Assembly (NCBI GenBank): GCA_033763315.1
Contig: JANRKS010000020.1
Location: 1-64,000 of the forward strand
Reading direction: 5' to 3'
Length of the DNA stretch: 64,000 bases
Origin: Deltaproteobacteria bacterium
Lineage (GTDB): Bacteria > Myxococcota_A > Polyangia > Fen-1088
Position numbers and translations under genes: made by a program. The notes under the pieces were generated by a model that was not told where the DNA came from, ran no database searches, and worked only from the letters and a program-made list of their open reading frames with translations. Of this stretch, positions 40,544-48,235 are shown piece by piece. Position 1 is the first letter of the stretch; each line of letters opens with the position of its first letter.

Positions 40544-40571
40544 CAATCGGCGGGATGAAGGTGTGGCTGAA
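40544..40571 (-). promoter_or_regulatory. Candidate sigma28 promoter of the fleQ-like gene
   Basis: TTCAG-N15-GCCGATTG, same spacing as the flgM promoter, 12 nt before ATG 40531. Confidence 0.55.
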
Positions 40572-40630
40572 GCGATGCTGATCGCGTTTTGTGGGGGCTG
40601 GGGCTAACGCAACGGCGCAACATGGCGGGC

Positions 40631-42250
40631 CTAATCGTCGGTCTTACCAGCACTCCAAGGGCCCGCAAAGCCGGCCCGCGACAAGATCGGACCAAATTCT
40701 TTTTTGTTGGGAGCTTTCGCATACGCCTCCGACGCCTCCACGACGTTGTTTTTCACCAGATCAATCATTGCGTCGTTCAGGGTCTGCATGCCGATGCCTT
40801 TGCCGGTTTGCATGAGCGACGGGATTTGAAAGGTTTTGCCTTCGCGAATCAGGTTGGCCACGGCCGAAGTCACGACCAAGATCTCAAGGGCTGCCACACG
40901 GCCGCCGCCCTTCTTCTTCAGCAGCGTTTGCGCCACCACGCCTTTGAGCGATTCGGACAACATCAAACGGATCTGGCTTTGCCGATCGGTGGGGAATTGG
41001 TCAATCAAGCGATCAACGGTGGAAGGTGCCGTATTGGTATGCAGGGTTCCGAACACCAAGTGGCCCGTTTCCGCCGTTTCGATCGCGATCGCGACCGTCT
41101 CAAGATCGCGCATTTCGCCCACAAGCACGATGTCGGGATCTTCGCGCAAGGCCGCGCGCAAGGCGCTTTTGAAGCCCTTGGTGTGCACGCCAATTTCACG
41201 TTGGTTCACGAGGCACTTGATGTCCTTGTGCACGAACTCGACGGGGTCTTCGATGGTGATCAAGTGATCGTTGCGGTTCTTGTTAATCCAATCGACCATG
41301 GCCGCGAGCGTGGTTGACTTGCCGCTGCCGGTGGGGCCCGTTACCACGACCAAGCCTTTGGTGTGTTGGCACATGTCGATCACGGCCTTGGGCACACCCA
41401 GCTGTTCCACGGTTAAGATCTTGGAGGGGATCTGCCGAAACACGGCGCCGGCGCCCGCCAAGTCACGAAACACGTTGCAACGCATACGCGCGCGTCCCTT
41501 GAGCTCGTACGCAAAGTCGCTGTCGTTCGTCTCGGCGTATTCTTTCTTGTTGCGCTCGGGAGTGATGGGATCAACCAGCCGCGAGATCTGCTCGCTTGTG
41601 AGCGGCTGCCGGTTCGGCATGGCCAAGATGCCGCCATCGACGCGCACCATGGGCACGAGGTTGGATTTGAGGTGCATATCAGAGGCCCGCATATCGAGCA
41701 TCTGGTGGAAAAGTTCATCAATGCTGTCGGGTGTGGTGGCGGCAACCATCACGTTGCTGGCCGCCATTGCCATGTCGGCGCTGTCGGCCGCCGAAATCGA
41801 AATGGGTTCGGGCGCTGGCCGGGGTGCGGGGGCAGGCATCGACACCGGGGCAGGCGCTGGCCGCGCAGGGGCTGGTGCGGGCGCCGCAGCAAATACCGGG
41901 GGTGAGGCAAACGCCATCGCTTGTGGGGGCTGTGGGGCGGGTGCGGTGGCTTGGCCGCGGCCGGGCTCGATCGTCACCACGATGCCGGCGTTGCCCTCCT
42001 CGACCGTGATGGTGACCAGGCCGCTGGGCGAGGGATAGGGAAACGAACGCGTGCCCGAAAGGCCTGGCGTGTAAGACGGTCCTAACACTTCGGCCAAAAG
42101 CGCCACGATTTGATCTTCAGTGGCGGGTTTGGAGGAAACGGGCTTGGATGCGCCCGCGATCACCATGGCCACGGGCGCATCAGCTTTGAACACCAAGGCA
42201 TTCGCCCGGTGCTTCACCATCGCGTCTAGATATCGATCCAGTGTTGCCAT
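40631..42250 (-). CDS. pilT: Type IV pilus retraction ATPase PilT paralog with an extra N-terminal domain and Pro/Ala linker
   Basis: ASDMHL, GPTGSGKSTT, TIEDPVEF, ALREDPDIVLVGEMRD, TGHLVFGTLHT, AVANLIRE, GMQT; start ATG 42250 with AAGGA RBS. Confidence 0.92.
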   Translation of the reverse strand: MATLDRYLDAMVKHRANALVFKADAPVAMVIAGASKPVSSKPATEDQIVALLAEVLGPSYTPGLSGTRSFPYPSPSGLVTITVEEGNAGIVVTIEPGRGQATAPAPQPPQAMAFASPPVFAAAPAPAPARPAPAPVSMPAPAPRPAPEPISISAADSADMAMAASNVMVAATTPDSIDELFHQMLDMRASDMHLKSNLVPMVRVDGGILAMPNRQPLTSEQISRLVDPITPERNKKEYAETNDSDFAYELKGRARMRCNVFRDLAGAGAVFRQIPSKILTVEQLGVPKAVIDMCQHTKGLVVVTGPTGSGKSTTLAAMVDWINKNRNDHLITIEDPVEFVHKDIKCLVNQREIGVHTKGFKSALRAALREDPDIVLVGEMRDLETVAIAIETAETGHLVFGTLHTNTAPSTVDRLIDQFPTDRQSQIRLMLSESLKGVVAQTLLKKKGGGRVAALEILVVTSAVANLIREGKTFQIPSLMQTGKGIGMQTLNDAMIDLVKNNVVEASEAYAKAPNKKEFGPILSRAGFAGPWSAGKTDD

Positions 42251-42288
42251 ACCCGTCCTTCGTCGCTGCCGTGCAGCTCCGCCTTGAA

Positions 42289-42316
42289 ACTTCGACGCGG
42301 TGGCACCAAAACTTGA
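42289..42316 (-). promoter_or_regulatory. Candidate sigma28 promoter of pilT
   Basis: TCAAG(TTT)-N15 spacing-GTCGAAGT in the 80-bp gap upstream of pilT. Confidence 0.5.
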
Positions 42317-42330
42317 ACGCGGTTGCTGGT

Positions 42331-43869
42331 TTAGCGGGCGGCGGTGGCAAGGCGCTGGGTCAAAAGCCGCACCAAAGCGTAGATGGTGAGCTGCGGGTTC
42401 ACGCCCAAAGAAGACGGGAAGAGCGAACCATCCATCACCCAAACGTTGTCATAGCCCGTGAGTTTGCCGTGTTCGTCGGTGGCGCTTGCTCCTGATCGAC
42501 CCATGCCACAGCCACCCATCTGATGGGCCGAGAACAACGTGTGAAGTTGCGTCCCAAAAGCTTGCTGTTGCAAGCGCCCAACATCGGCGACGCTTTTGAG
42601 GCGCAGCGGTTCACGGTGCAAAGTGACCACCTCTTTGGCACCGGCCGCAAACAGAATGCGTGTCATCGTGGCCAAGGCGTGTTTGCCGGCCTCTATCAAG
42701 TTGGGCGCGATGGGATACTTCAATTTGGATCGGCCGTGTGCCGAGACGGATACCGTGCCGCCATGGTCTTTGCCGTGACCATCGATCAGCAAGGCGATGG
42801 TGGCTTGCGCGAACGGCAGTTGCGCGGCCAAATCGCGGTGATCTTGCGCAAAGCCCGGAAACGCCACCGCCGACAGCATCGGGTGCACGGGCGCCGTTTC
42901 CAGAAAATAGCCGGTTTTTCCCGCGCCCCGCTCGGCGAAGTGGTGGCACGCGACGGATTGCGGAGGCCCGTAATAGCCCTCAATGGGATCATCGAACAAG
43001 CCCACGATAGGCACTGTGGGGTGCAAGAATGTGCGTGTGCCCAACCCCGGGGCCTTGAGTTGTGAACGCATCAATAGAGCGGGCGAATTGATGGCGCCGC
43101 CAGCGACGATCACCCCGCGCGTCGGCTTGACCACAAGGGTTGCACCGGTGGTGTTGTCATTGGGTGGCATGATGGCTTCGGCCATCACCTCATCCACGCG
43201 TTTGCCCGCTGACATCTGCAAACGCACCACGCGGCAATCCGAATATAGGGTGGCTCCCGAAGCCGATGCGTCCGCCAAAAACGTTGTGCGCGAGGATTGT
43301 TTGGCGTCGAGCGGGCAACCCATCCCACAATAGCCAAGGCGGGCGCAGCCTTTGACGCTGCGTCGGATGAGCTGCGGCTCGTATCCTAACGCTTTGGCGC
43401 CTTCGAACAGCTTGGCGTTGTTGCGGTTTACGTCATCCGTGCGGCCCTCGTGAACATTCAAGCGTTGTTCAACGTGCTCGTAGTGAGGGCGTAAGGTGGC
43501 GGCGTCGATCGGGAGGCGATGCTGGTCTTGCCAGAACTTCAACGTGCGCTCCGGGATGCGAAAGCTCGAACCCCAATTGACCGTGGTGCCCCCGCCTACG
43601 GATCGGCCTTGCAACAACAACACGCCCAGATCGGCGGTGGTGCGGTTGCCGTGATCTTGATAAAGCGCTGGATAAGCCCAGCCTTCTTGCATGTTAAAGT
43701 CGCGCCGCGTGTGGTGGTGGCCTTCTTCCAACACCACCACTTTGGCACCCGCCGCGGCCAGCACCGCCGCAGCCATGGCGCCGCCGGCGCCGGAGCCCAC
43801 CACGCAAAAGTCGCAGGTCAGTTCAATGCGACCGCTCAAAGATGTGGCCGAAAGGGCCTGCCCCGTCAT
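42331..43869 (-). CDS. GMC-family flavin oxidoreductase (LaoA-like long-chain alcohol dehydrogenase type)
   Basis: VGSGAGG, GRSVGGGTTVNW, CARLGYCGMGC, AGGAINSPALL, SAHQMGGC, DGSLFPSSLGVNPQLTI. Confidence 0.9.
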   Translation of the reverse strand: MTGQALSATSLSGRIELTCDFCVVGSGAGGAMAAAVLAAAGAKVVVLEEGHHHTRRDFNMQEGWAYPALYQDHGNRTTADLGVLLLQGRSVGGGTTVNWGSSFRIPERTLKFWQDQHRLPIDAATLRPHYEHVEQRLNVHEGRTDDVNRNNAKLFEGAKALGYEPQLIRRSVKGCARLGYCGMGCPLDAKQSSRTTFLADASASGATLYSDCRVVRLQMSAGKRVDEVMAEAIMPPNDNTTGATLVVKPTRGVIVAGGAINSPALLMRSQLKAPGLGTRTFLHPTVPIVGLFDDPIEGYYGPPQSVACHHFAERGAGKTGYFLETAPVHPMLSAVAFPGFAQDHRDLAAQLPFAQATIALLIDGHGKDHGGTVSVSAHGRSKLKYPIAPNLIEAGKHALATMTRILFAAGAKEVVTLHREPLRLKSVADVGRLQQQAFGTQLHTLFSAHQMGGCGMGRSGASATDEHGKLTGYDNVWVMDGSLFPSSLGVNPQLTIYALVRLLTQRLATAAR

Positions 43870-44426
43870 GGCGTGCCCTCAAGCGCGTTCGGCACAAACG
43901 GAACGTCGGGTGGCCCGGGATAGCCAAGCGCCGCATACACTTCGGGCGAAGAATAATAGGTGGCGTGGATAAGCCGCGTGAGCGCAAGGTATCCCGACCG
44001 CATGAGGGAAAACGGCGCTGTTCGCCACGAGTTCAATCGGTGTTGTTGTGCGGCCACAGTCAATTGTGAAAAGGGCGTGGGTCGCAACGTGGTCAACAAG
44101 CCGGATAGGCCGTTTTCGAACAAACCAATCAACTGCTTAAATTCGGCGCACGCTTCGGGGTGCAGTTGCGCCACCACGGCGTCCACTTTTTCGGGGCACT
44201 GCAGTTGCCACGGGGTGGGCCACTTTCGATCAGGCAGCGCTTGCGGCCCTAACATGCAATCGGCCAGCGCCACGATGACGGCGAACTCGCTGCGGCTAAG
44301 CGCCTGTAAGGGGCGGCGCGGCTCGGGCCCCAGTTTTGTGGCGCGCAAACCAACCCAAGTTAAGCCGCCGGCCCACAGCAGGGCCCCACCTGTGAGGCCA
44401 AGCTGGAAAGCGGTGCGACGTTTCAT
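43866..44426 (-). CDS. Twin-arginine partner subunit of the GMC oxidoreductase (LaoB / gluconate dehydrogenase subunit 3-like)
   Basis: MKRRTAFQLG signal, RSGYLALTRLIHATYYSSPE, LGYPGPP; ATGA overlap with the GMC gene. Confidence 0.75.
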   Translation of the reverse strand: MKRRTAFQLGLTGGALLWAGGLTWVGLRATKLGPEPRRPLQALSRSEFAVIVALADCMLGPQALPDRKWPTPWQLQCPEKVDAVVAQLHPEACAEFKQLIGLFENGLSGLLTTLRPTPFSQLTVAAQQHRLNSWRTAPFSLMRSGYLALTRLIHATYYSSPEVYAALGYPGPPDVPFVPNALEGTP

Positions 44427-44538
44427 GGGTGCAGTGACCACGATGTTCAGCATGCAACCACGGTGTGGGCCGTGCCTGCGAATTTTTGACAGCGGACAGC
44501 CAACACCTTAGCGTGAGGCCTTCCCCCGAAAGGCTGCC

Positions 44539-45096
44539 ATGGGTGCGCAGATCGTCAATGCTATGCCGGACTCCGCCCACAACGCCACCGTCTGGGTGGT
44601 CGTGGCGCTGGCGTGCGGCGCCGTGTTGGCGGCGATCGTGGCGATCACGCGGCGAACGGCGTTGGCCACCACGTTGGCGATGTTGGGCGCCGGCCTGTGC
44701 GTCGCGGGGTTGTACGCAGGGCTGTCGTGGCACTTTCTGGGCGCGATACAGTTGATGTTGTGGGCGGGCGGGCTATTGGCGTTCTTCGTATTCAGCGTCA
44801 TGTTGCTCAACCGTGACGACTCCGATCCGGTGGCGATGAGAGGCATCATCACGCGCATCGCCGCCATGTTGGCCTTGTTCGCCGTTTTGTTCTTCGTCGT
44901 GAATCTGGTGGCGTGGTCAGTTTGGCCGCTGCCGCCTGAGACGACGGGGCAAGGATCAACGTCGCGGCTGGGGCGCGCGATGTTCGGCGACGACCTGGTG
45001 TTTCCCCTGCAGATGTTGGCGGTGGGCTTGTTGTTGGGCGTGTTGGGGGCGCTCTCGTTGACCCGCGTTGCCTCGCAGGAGCGTGAGTCGCCATGA
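44539..45096 (+). CDS. nuoJ: Divergent NADH-quinone oxidoreductase subunit J homolog
   Basis: Five TM helices; FLGAIQLMLWAGGLLAFFVFSVMLLN matches the NuoJ Q/E-x-x-VYAGA..VLF.FVVMLL motif. Confidence 0.75.
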   Translation: MGAQIVNAMPDSAHNATVWVVVALACGAVLAAIVAITRRTALATTLAMLGAGLCVAGLYAGLSWHFLGAIQLMLWAGGLLAFFVFSVMLLNRDDSDPVAMRGIITRIAAMLALFAVLFFVVNLVAWSVWPLPPETTGQGSTSRLGRAMFGDDLVFPLQMLAVGLLLGVLGALSLTRVASQERESP

Positions 45097-45392
45097 CCGT
45101 GTTTTTCTACGCCGTGGCTGCGCTTGCGTTGTTTGCCGTGGGGCTGGTTGCCATATTGCTCCGACGTAACGCGCTTTACGTGGTGGTGGGCGTGTCGTTG
45201 CAGGCCGCGGCCACGGGCGTTCTATTTGCAGCGTTCGCTACTGCTTTTCATAAGGTCGATGGCACGGCGATGGCGATGATTGTGATGGTGTTGGGTGGCC
45301 TGCACGCCGTCGTGGGCTTTGCCGCCTTTACGGGGCTGCACAAGCAACACAGCACACCCAGCCTTGATGATTCGCGGCTGCTCAAAGGCTAG
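45093..45392 (+). CDS. nuoK: Divergent NuoK homolog lacking both conserved glutamates
   Basis: 99 aa, three TM helices, LLRRN loop, DG motif, ends LLKG. Confidence 0.78.
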   Translation: MTVFFYAVAALALFAVGLVAILLRRNALYVVVGVSLQAAATGVLFAAFATAFHKVDGTAMAMIVMVLGGLHAVVGFAAFTGLHKQHSTPSLDDSRLLKG

Positions 45393-46658
45393 ATGATGAC
45401 ACCCGCGCCCGTGCTGTTGCTTGCCCCCTTCTTGGTGGCGTTCGCCGTGTGGGCCAGCGCTCAATCGTTCGCCGATCGGCAGATCGCGCGGCTGCGGTTT
45501 CCGATGCAGATGGTGCTGACGCTTGTGCTCGCGCGGGTGCTGTGGGCCGCGCCATGCACCGCCTGGCAAGTGGGCGCGGCGGTTGTGGTTTGGCTTGGCG
45601 CGGGCGTTTGCTTTTGGTGGACGCGTTTGCCAAGCCAGGGCGAGCCTTCCGCACACGTCGACGCCGGTTTGTTTGGCCTGCAAGGCGCGGCGTGGCTTTG
45701 CGTGCTTGCGCCAACGGCTGCAGGGGTCATCACCGGTTTTTGCGCGGCGGGCGTCTGCCTCACAGTGTTTTCTGACGTGCGTGGGGCAGGCTCTGACCGT
45801 GTGTTTCGCTTTCACCGTCTCGCCGATGCGTTGGGGATCGCGTCGCTGTTGGTGTGGCTTTTGTGGACGTCGGACCTCACGGTGGCGCACATCCGATCCG
45901 CACAAGCCAGCGACGACGCTTTGCTGTCTCGCATCGCCGGCTTTGCCGCGGCAACGTGGCTTCTGGGGCTTCTGTGTGCCGCCCTTGCCTTTCGCGCCGC
46001 CGCCGCTGTTTTTGCGTGCGGGCCAGTCCGCGCGCGCTGGCTTGCAACCGTTGTGGCGCTTGGCGCCAGCACGTTTGGCTTCGGACGTTTGTTCGCACCC
46101 GCACAGGTGGCACCGCTTATCCTTGCCTGCGCCGTCGGTGTCGTTTGTGCCTTCGCGCTTTCGCGTTCGCGCGTTGTGGGCGTGGTTGGCGCGCGGCTTT
46201 ATCGCGGCCTGCGGTTGTGCGGTGCATTCATTGCGGGCATCAACCAGTGGGTGCTTTCAACCGTGCTTTTGCAAGCACCGGTGGTGTTTGTGGATGCGTG
46301 TGCACGCGTGCTTAAGCTCCTGGCGGGCGGCGACATCCAACGCTACGTGGCCATCGGTGTCGCCGGCTTGGCCGCCTTGGTATTCATGACCACGCGGCCC
46401 GCGGCGCCGTCGACGCTTCAGATCGAGGCCGATGGATTGATCATCCGCGCCGCCGCGGCTCGCGGGCCCTTGTCTTCGTCACGGCTGCTATATGATTACG
46501 ATTTCGACGGTGACGAGCAATTTGATCGTGTGGGGGTTGGTCCCCACGCCGCGTTCGTGTATGCAGTGCCAGGAACGTATTCGGTGTCAGTGACGATCCG
46601 CGATCCGTTTTGGCATACCAGCAGAACCTTGCGGGCCAAAGTCACGGTGAAGCGATGA
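45393..46658 (+). CDS. Shortened, highly divergent NuoL homolog fused to a C-terminal PKD-like domain
   Basis: Position between nuoK and nuoM; HRLAD (compare NRIGD); C-terminal LKLLAGGDIQRY (compare LR..QTG.VQ.Y); YDYDFDGD...YAVPGTYSVSVTIRD. Confidence 0.65.
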   Translation: MMTPAPVLLLAPFLVAFAVWASAQSFADRQIARLRFPMQMVLTLVLARVLWAAPCTAWQVGAAVVVWLGAGVCFWWTRLPSQGEPSAHVDAGLFGLQGAAWLCVLAPTAAGVITGFCAAGVCLTVFSDVRGAGSDRVFRFHRLADALGIASLLVWLLWTSDLTVAHIRSAQASDDALLSRIAGFAAATWLLGLLCAALAFRAAAAVFACGPVRARWLATVVALGASTFGFGRLFAPAQVAPLILACAVGVVCAFALSRSRVVGVVGARLYRGLRLCGAFIAGINQWVLSTVLLQAPVVFVDACARVLKLLAGGDIQRYVAIGVAGLAALVFMTTRPAAPSTLQIEADGLIIRAAAARGPLSSSRLLYDYDFDGDEQFDRVGVGPHAAFVYAVPGTYSVSVTIRDPFWHTSRTLRAKVTVKR

Positions 46659-48235
46659 ACTTGCTGCTCGCAAGCGTGGCTCTTCCTCTGTGCGCCGCTC
46701 TGGTTGTGGCCGTCGTTCCGCGTGTGTTTGATCGTTTGCCACGCGCGATCGCCTTGCTTGGATCGGCCGCTGGCGCCTTGGCCGTGGCGGGTGCCACGTT
46801 TCGCTTTGTTCCCAGCGACGCATCGGTGCAGCTAAGATTTACGCAACCGTTCGATGTCGCTTTGGGCGTGGATTTCAGCTTGGCCGTCGATGGCATCTCG
46901 CTTGCTTTTCTGATCGTCGGCACTGGCGTGTGCTTATTGACCCTGCTTGTGCGAACGCAGCTGGGGCCGCGCGCCGGCGATGGGTGCTTTGCGCTGTTGT
47001 TGGTGCAATCGGCTCTGGCCGGCGTGTACACAAGTCAAAATGCGCTGCTTTTCTGGTGTTTTTGGGCGCTGTTCGTGTTTGGCACCTTCTTGTTGGTGGG
47101 CCTTCAGGGAGGCGCGCGTCGCTTGCTGGCTTCGTCCAAGCTTGCCCTCAGTGGTTTCACAAGCTTGGTGATGTTGCTGGGCGTTTTCTTGTATCTGGGC
47201 GCCCAGATGCAACAGCTCACCGGGCGCGTGTCGTTCAATTTTGATGTGCTCACGCGCGTGCTGCTGCCGCTTTCCACGCAGTACGTGGTCATGATTGTGG
47301 CATTGTTGGCCTTGGCCTTGGCCCTGCCCCTGGTGCCTTTGGCGGGCTGGTGGAGCGATACGCACGCGCAATCGCCGAACGTGGCCTCAGTGGTTCTATT
47401 GGTGGGCCCCGCGCTTTACGCGCTCATCCGAATCTTGCTGCCGTGTTTTCCCTTGGCGGCGTTTCATCTTATGCCGCTGCTGGGTGGAGTGGCCGCGGTA
47501 ACCGCGATCATCGCGGCCATTGCCGCTCCCTTCGAGGACGATCTGCGTCGCCGCCTCGCATGGGTGGCGTGCACACAAACCGCCGTCGCGGTTGTGGGTG
47601 TGACCTCGTTGTCAACTCAAGGCATCGTGGGAGCCATCTTACTGATCTGCACTTCGGCTGTTGCGCTTGCAGGGGTGTTTTTGTGCCTCAATCTGTCAGC
47701 CATCGACGCCGTCGCAACGTTCACTTCAGACGAACAACGTGCTTCGTTTTTGCCTAAGGCGTTCGCTTACACGGCAGCGCTGCTGCCCGGTCTGGGTGGC
47801 TTCGCGGCGGCCTTCGCTTGCTTGTCGGGTCTTGCGTCTGCCGAGCGACAAGCCACGCAGCTTCCCGGGCGCCCGTTCGAGCTTGAGCCACTGTGGATCA
47901 TCCTCGCGTGCGTGGGCTCGGCGGTGTTTGTGGGCGCAAGCTTGCTTTCGGCGCTTCGATCACACGCCGGTGTTTTTGAGCGGCTGGGTGTGCGTTCTGT
48001 GCCGCTTTGGGTGACGTTTACGTTGCTGCTGGCGCTTGGCTGGGCACCCGCAACGGTGATGAATTCGCTGTCGCCCACCGTAGACGCGTATCTTCATAAC
48101 CTGCAAAGCAAGATCACCCACGCGGCCAGCAATCCAAGCGCGCCCACGCACTTTTACCCCAACGCACGTTCGGTCATGCTGTCTGCGAAGCCGAAGGTGA
48201 CGCCGCTCGAAAGCACACAAGGTTCCTCGCCATGA
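46655..48235 (+). CDS. nuoM: Divergent NuoM homolog lacking the conserved charged residues
   Basis: LAVDGISL, PLVPLAGWWSDTHAQSP, DDLRRRLAW, LPGLGGF; ATGA overlap at 46655. Confidence 0.8.
   Translation: MNLLLASVALPLCAALVVAVVPRVFDRLPRAIALLGSAAGALAVAGATFRFVPSDASVQLRFTQPFDVALGVDFSLAVDGISLAFLIVGTGVCLLTLLVRTQLGPRAGDGCFALLLVQSALAGVYTSQNALLFWCFWALFVFGTFLLVGLQGGARRLLASSKLALSGFTSLVMLLGVFLYLGAQMQQLTGRVSFNFDVLTRVLLPLSTQYVVMIVALLALALALPLVPLAGWWSDTHAQSPNVASVVLLVGPALYALIRILLPCFPLAAFHLMPLLGGVAAVTAIIAAIAAPFEDDLRRRLAWVACTQTAVAVVGVTSLSTQGIVGAILLICTSAVALAGVFLCLNLSAIDAVATFTSDEQRASFLPKAFAYTAALLPGLGGFAAAFACLSGLASAERQATQLPGRPFELEPLWIILACVGSAVFVGASLLSALRSHAGVFERLGVRSVPLWVTFTLLLALGWAPATVMNSLSPTVDAYLHNLQSKITHAASNPSAPTHFYPNARSVMLSAKPKVTPLESTQGSSP

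Noticed and set aside
42251-42442. N-terminal extensions given by the ORF track (pilT, also cheW, nuoM, imelysin, DUF58)
   Set aside because: They overlap neighbouring genes; downstream ATGs have an RBS or ATGA coupling
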